DNA of 64,000 nucleotides, from NCBI GenBank assembly GCA_017466635.1, contig JAFTTU010000050.1, positions 8,690-72,689 of the forward strand. Direction: 5' to 3'. The stretch's first letter is position 1. Each line of letters starts with the position of its first letter. The stretch is from Bacteroides sp. GTDB taxonomy: Bacteria > Bacteroidota > Bacteroidia > Bacteroidales > Bacteroidaceae. Under the pieces are notes generated by a model. That model saw nothing but the letters and a program-made list of their open reading frames with translations. It searched no databases and was not told where the DNA came from. Shown piece after piece: positions 11,519 through 20,174 of the stretch. Made by a program: the position numbers and the translations under genes.

Positions 11519-11682
11519 CATCAAGCATTTCCCTCACGTTTTCTTTGTCAGTTCAAGAATAAAGCGTACCTTTGCACCGCTTTTTTAAGCTCATCGTGTG
11601 ATATACCACATCGTGTGATGGCGAATTAAGCAAAAATAGAGATTTAAAACTTAATTTAGAGTAACACAAAAAATTTTCTAAC

Positions 11683-12285
11683 ATGAAATCAATCGAAATT
11701 AAAGGTTCTTTGAGAACTGACCTTGGTAAGAAGGGTACTCGTGAATTGCGTAAGAACAACGGTGTTCCATGTGTATTGTACGGCGTAAAGAAGGACGAAA
11801 ACGGTCTTCCAGTAGCTACTCACTTCTCTGTAACAGTTGACGGTCTTCGCAACTTGGTATACACACCGAATATCTACTTGGTAAACTTGGATATCGATGG
11901 TACTGTAGTAACTGCTATCATGAAGGACATCCAGTTCCACCCAGTAAAGGACAACATCTTGCACGTTGACTTCTTGCAGGTAGAAGAAAACAAGCCTGTT
12001 CTTATGGAAGTTCCTGTACAGCTCGAAGGTCTGGCAGAAGGTGTACGTGCCGGTGGTAAGTTGGCATTGCAAATCCGTAAGCTCAAAGTTAAGGCTAACT
12101 ACAACGCTATCCCAGAACGTCTCGTTATCGACGTAACTCCATTGGGTCTTGGTAAGACTATCAAGGTTGGCGAATTGAGCTACGAAGGTCTTGAATTGAT
12201 GAACGCTAAGGACGCTGTAGTTTGTGCAGTTAAGTTGACTCGTGCTGCTCGTGGTGCTGCCGCAGCTGCTGCCGCTGGTAAGTAA
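11683..12285 (+). CDS. rplY: 50S ribosomal protein L25/Ctc
   Basis: VPCVLYG, IQFHPV, HVDF, GVRAGG; highly expressed codon usage. Confidence 0.95.
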   Translation: MKSIEIKGSLRTDLGKKGTRELRKNNGVPCVLYGVKKDENGLPVATHFSVTVDGLRNLVYTPNIYLVNLDIDGTVVTAIMKDIQFHPVKDNILHVDFLQVEENKPVLMEVPVQLEGLAEGVRAGGKLALQIRKLKVKANYNAIPERLVIDVTPLGLGKTIKVGELSYEGLELMNAKDAVVCAVKLTRAARGAAAAAAAGK

Positions 12286-12312
12286 TTAATCAGAAACAAT
12301 TAATCCTTGTCA

Positions 12313-12876
12313 ATGAAATATTTGATTGTAGGACTGGGCAATATCGGTGTAGAATACCGAAACACCCGTCACAACATAGGATTCATGGTATTGGACGCCC
12401 TTGCAAAGGCGTCCAATCTTGTTTTTGCCGATGGACGTTATGGTGCAACAGCCAATCTTTCCGTGAAAGGCCGTCAGTTGGTATTGCTGAAGCCTTCCAC
12501 CTACATGAACCTCAGCGGTAATGCTGTCCGTTATTGGATGCAGAAAGAAAACATCGCTTTGGAGAATGTGTTGATTGTGGTAGACGACCTTGCCCTGCCT
12601 TTTGGAACTCTCCGATTGAAGGGAAAAGGAAGCGATGCCGGACACAATGGGTTGAAGCACATCGCCGAAATCCTGAGCACCCAAAACTATGCCCGCTTGC
12701 GTTTCGGTATCGGCAACGATTTCCCTCGTGGACATCAGATAGACTATGTATTGGGAAACTTCACCGAAGAAGACATGAAAACCATGGACGAGCGATTGGA
12801 AACTGCCGGCAACATTATCAAGAGTTTCTGCTTGGCAGGCATCAACATCACCATGAACCAATATAACAAGAAATAA
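12313..12876 (+). CDS. pth: Peptidyl-tRNA hydrolase
   Basis: [30 protein letters not shown]. Confidence 0.97.
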   Translation: MKYLIVGLGNIGVEYRNTRHNIGFMVLDALAKASNLVFADGRYGATANLSVKGRQLVLLKPSTYMNLSGNAVRYWMQKENIALENVLIVVDDLALPFGTLRLKGKGSDAGHNGLKHIAEILSTQNYARLRFGIGNDFPRGHQIDYVLGNFTEEDMKTMDERLETAGNIIKSFCLAGINITMNQYNKK

Positions 12877-12878
12877 AT

Positions 12879-13310
12879 ATGGCCGAAGCAAGAATAGACA
12901 AATGGTTGTGGGCAGTGCGTATCTTCAAGACACGTACCATAGCAGCCGAAGCCTGCAAGAAAGGCCGTATCTCCATCAATGGTGCGCAAGCCAAGCCTGC
13001 CCGCATGGTGAAGCCGGATGATGTGGTGAGTGTACGGAAACCGCCTGTCACCTACTCCTTCAAGGTACTTCAAGCCATCGAAAAGCGTGTAGGTGCCAAA
13101 CTTGTGCCGGAGATGATGGAAAACGTCACTCCAAAAGAACAATACGAATTGTTGGAAATGAACCGCATCAGTGGTTTTGTGGACAGAGCCAGAGGTACCG
13201 GCCGACCGACCAAGAAAGACCGTCGAAGCATGGAGGAATTCATCACCCCCGAATATTTCCCGGATGATGATGACTTCGATTTTGATTTCGATTTCGACGA
13301 TGAAGAATAA
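12879..13310 (+). CDS. hslR: S4-domain ribosome-associated heat shock protein Hsp15
   Basis: RIDKWLWAVRIFKTR and GRPTKKDRR. Confidence 0.92.
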   Translation: MAEARIDKWLWAVRIFKTRTIAAEACKKGRISINGAQAKPARMVKPDDVVSVRKPPVTYSFKVLQAIEKRVGAKLVPEMMENVTPKEQYELLEMNRISGFVDRARGTGRPTKKDRRSMEEFITPEYFPDDDDFDFDFDFDDEE

Positions 13311-13315
13311 ACGAA

Positions 13316-13347
13316 AAAGAGGGTGTATCGAAATGAACACCCTCTTT
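13316..13347. terminator. Bidirectional terminator at the left edge of the accessory region
   Basis: aaagagggtgt / acaccctcttt 11-bp stem with A- and T-runs on both sides. Confidence 0.75.
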
Positions 13348-13352
13348 ATTTT

Positions 13353-13655
13353 TTATTCAATGGTCAAAATGCGTGAGAAGCCAGTCAAATCGATAACCGA
13401 ACGTACTTCACGACTCAAATTGCGCAAAATGAACTTTCCGCCCTTGGCAGTCACTTGCTTGTGAGCACTTAAAATGATACGCAAGCCCGAGCTGCTGAGG
13501 TATTCCAATTTTTCACAATCGAATACCAATGTGATGGCTGGAGTTGACCAAATCTGACTTACCTTCATTTCCAAATCCGATGCAGTAACGGTATCTACTC
13601 GACCTTCAATTACCACTACCTTTTCACCATTCTGATCTAAAATCTTTACTTCCAT
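13353..13655 (-). CDS. STAS domain anti-anti-sigma factor (RsbV/SpoIIAA-like)
   Basis: GRVDT, FDCEKLEYLSSSGLR phosphoacceptor motif, LTGF; likely start ATG 13655. Confidence 0.9.
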   Translation of the reverse strand: MEVKILDQNGEKVVVIEGRVDTVTASDLEMKVSQIWSTPAITLVFDCEKLEYLSSSGLRIILSAHKQVTAKGGKFILRNLSREVRSVIDLTGFSRILTIE

Positions 13656-13677
13656 ACTTCTATTTTGTTTGTTTTTA

Positions 13678-14091
13678 TTATTCATCCAATTGCTTACCCA
13701 AGGTCAGCACATTCTTTCCATCAATGCGTTGATATTCTACCTTATCCATAATCTGGCGAATGAGGAAAATACCCAAACCACCAATTGGTCTCTCTTCCGC
13801 AGAAAGGGTAATATCGGCATCGGGCGCCTGAGTCGGGTCAAATTCCTTTCCCGAATCTGTCAGCACAAAGATAAGGTTTTTATCTGATTTTTTTGCTGTC
13901 AAATGAATTTCTTGATGTTCTTCTTTGGGATATGCGTAAAGTATTACATTCGAAACAGCTTCCTCCAGTACCAGATTCAGGTTGAAGACCAAATCCGGGG
14001 CTAAATTCAACTCTTCGCCCAATTCTTCGATAAACATAGCGAGTCTGTTGATTTCAGATATCTCATTTTTAAGAACCAATCTCTTTTCCAT
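13678..14091 (-). CDS. RsbW/SpoIIAB-like serine kinase / anti-sigma factor (HATPase_c)
   Basis: N-box EEAVSNV, G1 DSG.FDP, G2 GGLGI; likely start ATG 14091. Confidence 0.9.
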   Translation of the reverse strand: MEKRLVLKNEISEINRLAMFIEELGEELNLAPDLVFNLNLVLEEAVSNVILYAYPKEEHQEIHLTAKKSDKNLIFVLTDSGKEFDPTQAPDADITLSAEERPIGGLGIFLIRQIMDKVEYQRIDGKNVLTLGKQLDE

Positions 14092-14107
14092 ATTCTCTAT
14101 TTTAAAG

Positions 14108-16030
14108 TTATTTGTAATGTAAACACATGATAGTAATATCGTCACTTTGCTCAGCTTCGGCCACATGGCTTTCGATATCTACCAACACACCATCGACCAT
14201 CGCATTTGGAGTTTCCTTCTGCAACTTTTCCAATTGCTGCAACAAGCGTTCATCCGAATACAAGGCTTTTTCCACATTCTCGGCCTCGGTTACTCCATCG
14301 GTATAAAGGAATATGGATGTTCCTTTCTCGATGGTACATTCTTGACCTTGATAAGGGAATCCACCGAACAAGCCCAACGGCAAGTTGGCTTCCACTTCCA
14401 TGAACTTCACTTCACCTGAAGGAGAAAGGATGACCGGTGCATTGTGACCGGCATTACAATACTGCAGATACCCGCTTTCCAAATCGAGTATACCGATAAA
14501 GAAAGTACAGAACATGTTCGATTCATTCGACTCTGCCAATGCATCGTTCAATGCCGTTACAATCTCGGCCGGTGTCTGGAAATGCGCGGACACCGTACGG
14601 AAGAGACGACAAGTTACCGCCATTACCAAAGATGCAGGAACTCCCTTACCGGACACGTCACCTACGATGAAGTAGAACTTGCCTCCTTCGATGAAGAAGT
14701 CGTACAAGTCACCACCTACTTCCTTGGCAGGTATCAACTTGGCATACAAGTCCACATCATCCCGTTCGGGGAAAGGCGGGAAAATCTTCGGCACCATGCC
14801 CATTTGTATGTCACGGGCAATACGCAATTCACTCTCGATTCGTTCCTTACTGGCTGTCGTACGCTTCAGCTCGTCGATATAGTCCACCAACGACTTCTGC
14901 ATGTACCCGAAAGACTGATGCAACGTCTTCATCTCATCCTTACTATGAATGTCAGGCAAGGTAGCCATGAAGTTTCCTTGGGCAATTTCTGTAGCCGATT
15001 CGGCAAAACGGCTCAAAGGAGCTGTTAGCTTCCGGATGGTGAGATAGCAAACCCAAGCAAGCAAGAGAAGTCCTATCAGCGAAAGGGCTATCATCATGTT
15101 TCTCATACCATCGACAGCTGCAAAGACATCGCTGTACAAACAAGCCACACAGACACTCCATCCGGTAGACTTGACAGGAGCGAAGAACATATAATACTCT
15201 TCCCCGTCGCGTTCGAAGGTCGACATGCCATTCTCACCATTAATCATCCGATGTCCGGTTTCCAACATGCCTTCATCTCCTTCCAACAAAGGTCTGGCAA
15301 AGTAACTTTCATTCAGGATAGCTTCCTTCCGGTCGCTTACCAGGAAAGTTCCTCCCCGTCCAATCATATAGTTGAACGAATTGGGATAGAGCTTGATTTC
15401 ATTGACCTTATCGGCAAACCATTCCAAGGAAATGTCAGCCGTGAATACCGCGTACATTTCTCCATCCAAGTCATATAGCGGAAGAGAGAAGGTGGTCATA
15501 ATCATATCGGCACCTCCATCGTCGTAATAAGGCTCACTCCAATAAGGCTTACCCAACAACTTCGGTATCTGATACCAATCCATGTAGTGATACTCGTAAT
15601 CTTCCGTACCTAGCTGCTTGCTTCTGATACCCCCGTCTTCCGTACGGTAAGAATATGGAGAAAACAACACCCCTTTTTCCGGATAATAGGAAGGTTCGAA
15701 GGCAATGGCACTACCCACCACATGCGGGTTACTGCGGAGTACCTGCTGGGTAAGCGCATACATGTAATCCGGATAATCCAACTTATCCGCTACTAACCAT
15801 GACAAATTCTGAACGGCTGTTTCAACCGAGCCCAATACCTTGTCGATCTGCAGAATGGTATTGTCAAGCTTGACTTGTGCCTGCACCATGGCTTCTTCTC
15901 TAACAGACCTCCTTGCTTGCTGGAAATATCCCCAAAAAGCCAGGATAAACACAGAGGCAGCCATCATCAGAATGTACAAGCTCATTCTCAGGGAGAAGGA
16001 ACTTTCTATCATTTGTTTCAATTTCTTCAT
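14108..16030 (-). CDS. Membrane sensor phosphatase: Cache - HAMP - SpoIIE/PP2C
   Basis: Two TM helices flanking a dCache domain (WY..PK, WSEPYYD), HAMP (PL..F..A.IA.G, DE), PP2C motifs VGGDLYD, GDVSGKG, YTDGVTEA, DDIT. Confidence 0.92.
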   Translation of the reverse strand: MKKLKQMIESSFSLRMSLYILMMAASVFILAFWGYFQQARRSVREEAMVQAQVKLDNTILQIDKVLGSVETAVQNLSWLVADKLDYPDYMYALTQQVLRSNPHVVGSAIAFEPSYYPEKGVLFSPYSYRTEDGGIRSKQLGTEDYEYHYMDWYQIPKLLGKPYWSEPYYDDGGADMIMTTFSLPLYDLDGEMYAVFTADISLEWFADKVNEIKLYPNSFNYMIGRGGTFLVSDRKEAILNESYFARPLLEGDEGMLETGHRMINGENGMSTFERDGEEYYMFFAPVKSTGWSVCVACLYSDVFAAVDGMRNMMIALSLIGLLLLAWVCYLTIRKLTAPLSRFAESATEIAQGNFMATLPDIHSKDEMKTLHQSFGYMQKSLVDYIDELKRTTASKERIESELRIARDIQMGMVPKIFPPFPERDDVDLYAKLIPAKEVGGDLYDFFIEGGKFYFIVGDVSGKGVPASLVMAVTCRLFRTVSAHFQTPAEIVTALNDALAESNESNMFCTFFIGILDLESGYLQYCNAGHNAPVILSPSGEVKFMEVEANLPLGLFGGFPYQGQECTIEKGTSIFLYTDGVTEAENVEKALYSDERLLQQLEKLQKETPNAMVDGVLVDIESHVAEAEQSDDITIMCLHYK

Positions 16031-16971
16031 GGTCTACCTCCTTTCAGTTTTTCCATATCCAGAGGATAGTGGATACGATGATGCCTCAACAGCAATTCAT
16101 TAAGTCCTTCAAACTTGGCAGCATCCAATTGGAAAGAAGGCTTCTTTTCGCCATCCTTACATTGTATTTCCAATATTTGCTCCAGCATCCATTGCTGGTG
16201 GATACGGTTGGTATGCACGTTTTCCTTTTCTGCCCACTTCATCACGATATCCAATGTCTCTTCGGGATGTTCGTGCGCCCACTCCCATCCTTTTCGGGAT
16301 GCTTCGACAAAAGCCTTTACCTTATCGGGATGGCGCTGATAGAAATCGGTCGATACATAGAGTCCGTCTTCCGGATAGTTGTATTCCGTCTCAGAAAAAC
16401 GGATGACCGGTTTATCTTCATGGCCGGCAACCCTTATTTTCAAGTATTCGTTATAGCTCATCGCCAAAGTGGCATCGATGGCACCACTGAGGAAAAGATT
16501 CACACTTTCCAAGAAAGGAATCCATTGGATATCCAAATTCTTCTCGGTATCCATGATATACGCCAAATCACCAAAACCAGATTTCCATACACCTACTTTC
16601 TTTCCTCTCAAATCGTCAATCGTACGGATAGAATCCGATTTGCTTACCAATACCAGCGAATTACGTTGGGAAGTTTGCAATACATGAACCATTGGCATTC
16701 CTCGATCAATAGCAATCATGGCTTGCACCAACTGTTGGGTAATCATATCACTACTCCCCTCGAACAAGCGGTTAGCAGCCGAATAGGAAGCAGAAGGGTG
16801 TTGGAAATCCACTTCTACACCGGCTTCCTTATAAAAACCTTTCTCCTGGGCCACATAATAACCCGCAAACTGCGCTTGGGGGGTCCATTGCGGTGTGAAG
16901 ACAATGCGCTGTGCCTGCAATGCCCATGTACACAAAAGAAAAGCACTGATAAAACTGATAATTCTTCTCAT
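16027..16971 (-). CDS. NMT1/THI5-like periplasmic substrate-binding protein
   Basis: Signal peptide then W.PQAQFAGYYVA.EKGFY..G; stop overlaps the phosphatase start. Confidence 0.85.
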   Translation of the reverse strand: MRRIISFISAFLLCTWALQAQRIVFTPQWTPQAQFAGYYVAQEKGFYKEAGVEVDFQHPSASYSAANRLFEGSSDMITQQLVQAMIAIDRGMPMVHVLQTSQRNSLVLVSKSDSIRTIDDLRGKKVGVWKSGFGDLAYIMDTEKNLDIQWIPFLESVNLFLSGAIDATLAMSYNEYLKIRVAGHEDKPVIRFSETEYNYPEDGLYVSTDFYQRHPDKVKAFVEASRKGWEWAHEHPEETLDIVMKWAEKENVHTNRIHQQWMLEQILEIQCKDGEKKPSFQLDAAKFEGLNELLLRHHRIHYPLDMEKLKGGRP

Positions 16972-16981
16972 GTTATGATTA

Positions 16982-18094
16982 CTATTCCTCATCCATTTTC
17001 TTCATTTCAAAGCAAACACGAACTCGAGGACCTACCGGAGTATCATCCACCACTTCGTGCATGTTTTCACACAAGCCTCTCACAATCGTCATGCTTAGGT
17101 CATCCGGCGAGAAATTCTTGTCCTTCAAGATAGATACGATTCCTGCAGGCATCAACAATTCCAACGATACACCACCCGTCTTTTCCGAGTACTTCAAGGC
17201 CAAATCGATTTCACCCTTATCCAACGGGATGATTTGCAACACTTCTTCAGTGAGCAACTGTACATTGAATTGTACCAGTTGAGACAAGAAATACTTGGCA
17301 CAGAACTGCATCATGCCCGCCTGAAGTTCGTACAAGTCGTAACGGGGCGAACGGATGATATAGTGATAATCACGGATACGGTTGATGAATACACGGGTAC
17401 GTTCTTCCCTTGGATGTTCGAATATCTGTTCAGGTGTTCCTTCTTCGTACACGACACCTTGATCCATGTAGAAGATACGGGTGCTCACATCTCTGGCAAA
17501 ACGCATTTCATGAGTCACAATCACCATGGTCATGCCTTGCTTGGCCAACGTACGGATTACGCCCAATACTTCACTCACCATCGTAGGGTCGAGTGCAGAG
17601 GTAGGCTCATCGAACAAGATGATTTCGGGATTCATCGAAAGACATCGGGCTATGGCAATACGCTGCTTCTGTCCACCCGACAATTGGGAAGGCATGGCAT
17701 TCGCCTTTTCTGCCAAGCCAACCATAGACAAGAGTTCCATGGCACGTTCTTCGGCTTCCTTACGCGACTTGCCCAACAACTTTACGGGGCCAATGCAGAG
17801 ATTATCCATAATGGAAAGATGGTTGAACAAGTTGAACGATTGGAAAACCATCCCCATCTTCTGGCGAATCTTCGCCACATCAGTCTTCTTGGAAAGCAAG
17901 TCTTGTCCATCGACGATGATACTTCCACCCGAAGGACTTTCCAACAAATTAAGACACCGCAAGAAAGTACTCTTTCCCGTTCCTGAAGGACCGATGATGG
18001 AAATCACCTCCCCCCGACCAATGGTTGCATTGACATCACGAAGTACTTGCAAACCATTGCTATATGTTTTCTTTAAATGACTGACCTGTATCAT
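16982..18094 (-). CDS. Polar amino acid ABC ATPase (GlnQ-like) with ~125-aa C-terminal degenerate HATPase-like domain
   Basis: [41 protein letters not shown]; the tail aligns with the adjacent RsbW-like protein. Confidence 0.88.
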   Translation of the reverse strand: MIQVSHLKKTYSNGLQVLRDVNATIGRGEVISIIGPSGTGKSTFLRCLNLLESPSGGSIIVDGQDLLSKKTDVAKIRQKMGMVFQSFNLFNHLSIMDNLCIGPVKLLGKSRKEAEERAMELLSMVGLAEKANAMPSQLSGGQKQRIAIARCLSMNPEIILFDEPTSALDPTMVSEVLGVIRTLAKQGMTMVIVTHEMRFARDVSTRIFYMDQGVVYEEGTPEQIFEHPREERTRVFINRIRDYHYIIRSPRYDLYELQAGMMQFCAKYFLSQLVQFNVQLLTEEVLQIIPLDKGEIDLALKYSEKTGGVSLELLMPAGIVSILKDKNFSPDDLSMTIVRGLCENMHEVVDDTPVGPRVRVCFEMKKMDEE

Positions 18095-18112
18095 TGAGTT
18101 ATGAGTTATAAG

Positions 18113-19615
18113 TTATGAGTATTGAGTTCTTTTTCCGATAAAATCCAGGGCTGTTGCAAATATCCATGAAAGGACAAAATAGAGCACCGCCACCATAATC
18201 AACGGGAAGAAGGCATCAAAAGTACGGCTTCGGATAATGTCACCGACCTTGGTCAAATCCTGTACGGCAATGTAACCTACGATGGAAGTCATCTTCACCA
18301 TCGAAATCCATTCTCCTTTAAAGACAGGAAGAACTTGCTTGAAAGCTTGCGGCATCACGATGTAGCAGAATGTCTTGACTGGAGTGAAACCCAAAGCAAT
18401 ACCGGCTTCTGTCTGTCCTCTGTCCACACTCTCGATGGACGAACGGAACATTTCGCTTACATAAGCCCCAAAGTTCATCCCGAAAGTAATGATGGACACC
18501 ATCACCGCATCGATGGAAGTACCGGCAAACACCACATAAAACATCAACATCAACAACACCAACACCGGAGTGCCACGCATCAGGCTCACATATATAGCTG
18601 CCAACTGACGAAGAACCGCATACTTGCACATCCGCATCCAGCATACCAAAGCACCCAACAGCGTACCGAACAATCCTGCAAACAAGGATATAAGAGCCGT
18701 CAGCTTCAAACCGTCAAGAATCATGAGATAGCGGTCTTCTTCGATAATGTTGCGATGGAAACTCTTTTGTACGGACTCAACAAAGCTTTCGTCCGAAGTG
18801 GTTTCTTCCGCCACATAACCAGGGGCATTCTCACCACGAATGGCAACTATTGCACCACAATCAAAATACGGGTCACTGAAATCGACCGATTCCGCACGAG
18901 CCGAAGTAATCACTACCGAGCCGGCAATCATATCCTGCGTACCGCTGACCAGGGCGGGAATCATGGAAGCAAACGTCATATCACTCCAAACAATCCCTCT
19001 ACCGATGTGCTGTGCAAAACGAGTCACCAATTCAATGTCCAACCCAACCAACTTACCATTCTTGATAAAATCAATCGGAGGCGAAGTGGATGAAGTAGCT
19101 ACACGGATAGGATTTTTATCTTCGGGCAACTGAATATCCGGCATCTCAGCCTCATTGGCATGAAAAATCCATTTATCATAGATTTCTTGATACGTGCCAT
19201 CCGCCTTTATCTTCTTCAAGAATTCATTGAAGCTTTCGCGCAACTCCACGTTCTTTCCTTTAGCAAAGCAATAGCCCATCTGCGATACCGACAATGGTTC
19301 CTTCATTGCCGTCAACCCTTTGATGGTTTGACTATGATACCGAAACACATAATCATCAAATATGGCCGCTTCACATTGTTTGGCCAACAGTGCCTGTGCC
19401 AAATCAGCCGCATAATCTATTCTCATAGCCACCACTTCCGGAAACCTTTTCTCGATGATTCCTTCATGGAAGCTTCCGGTCATGACTGCAACTTTTTTGC
19501 CTTTCAAGTCGTCCAACGACTGATATAGGGGTAAGTCTGTTCCTTTTTCTTTTGCTCCACAAGCCGTAAGCAGGCCAACAAGAAGCAGCATCAGTAGTCT
19601 TTCTATGCTTTTCAT
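18113..19615 (-). CDS. Amino acid ABC transporter, fused SBP modules and permease, lipoprotein (copy A)
   Basis: Lipobox LLTAC, SBP_bac_3-like modules, RGTPVLV, AYVSEMFR, GQTEA..ALG. Confidence 0.88.
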   Translation of the reverse strand: MKSIERLLMLLLVGLLTACGAKEKGTDLPLYQSLDDLKGKKVAVMTGSFHEGIIEKRFPEVVAMRIDYAADLAQALLAKQCEAAIFDDYVFRYHSQTIKGLTAMKEPLSVSQMGYCFAKGKNVELRESFNEFLKKIKADGTYQEIYDKWIFHANEAEMPDIQLPEDKNPIRVATSSTSPPIDFIKNGKLVGLDIELVTRFAQHIGRGIVWSDMTFASMIPALVSGTQDMIAGSVVITSARAESVDFSDPYFDCGAIVAIRGENAPGYVAEETTSDESFVESVQKSFHRNIIEEDRYLMILDGLKLTALISLFAGLFGTLLGALVCWMRMCKYAVLRQLAAIYVSLMRGTPVLVLLMLMFYVVFAGTSIDAVMVSIITFGMNFGAYVSEMFRSSIESVDRGQTEAGIALGFTPVKTFCYIVMPQAFKQVLPVFKGEWISMVKMTSIVGYIAVQDLTKVGDIIRSRTFDAFFPLIMVAVLYFVLSWIFATALDFIGKRTQYS

Positions 19616-19760
19616 ATCTTTAGATTTTTCGATTTACAAATATAAACAATTCATTTCACTTCCACAAGAAATACATGAAAGAACTTACAACATAATGTGC
19701 TATTGCTTACAGAGTGCTGCGAGAGCGCTTAGAGCAGTGAGTCCTTGAGCTATGACAGAG

Positions 19761-20003
19761 CGTTTTCAGCGTTTTCAGTTTTCAGTAAGAAATCCCCCGA
19801 TAGTATGTAAGAGTAAAAAACATTTAAAAAAAAATATTCTTATATTATATATTATATAATATAATAATAAAAATTCTATACCTTCTTTTACCACTGTTTA
19901 TTGTGTTCAGATTAAGTTACTGAAAACTGAAAACGTTGAAAACGATGGAGAAAAAAAGAACATAGATTGTTTTCACCGTTTTCAGTGTTTTCAGTTTTCA
20001 GTA
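19761..20003. repeat. AT-rich element bounded by 28-bp inverted repeats, plus a third copy of the motif
   Basis: 19761-19788 cgttttcagcgttttcagttttcagtaa pairs with 19917-19944 (1 mismatch); related direct copy at 19969-20003. Confidence 0.8.
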
Positions 20004-20103
20004 TATCATTTATTGACTTACACAATAGCCTTCACCAGGATTAAAAGCTCCAACTTCATCCACCCAACGACAGCCTTTCTTTCGTTCACAATCCTTTTAA
20101 TTC

Positions 20104-20136
20104 CACTAGTGTCCACTAAAAAAGTGGACACTAGTG
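20104..20136. repeat. Perfect 14-bp hairpin (possible terminator or binding site)
   Basis: cactagtgtccact-aaaaa-agtggacactagtg; a further agtggacacta lies at the stop of the upstream gene. Confidence 0.7.
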
Positions 20137-20174
20137 ATTAAATATCAATCATTTCAAAGAACTATTTCGTTTTT

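Noticed and set aside
19761-20003. Possible CRISPR array (GTTTTCA repeats)
   Set aside because: Repeats are short, partly inverted and irregularly spaced, with no unique spacers of uniform length and no cas genes
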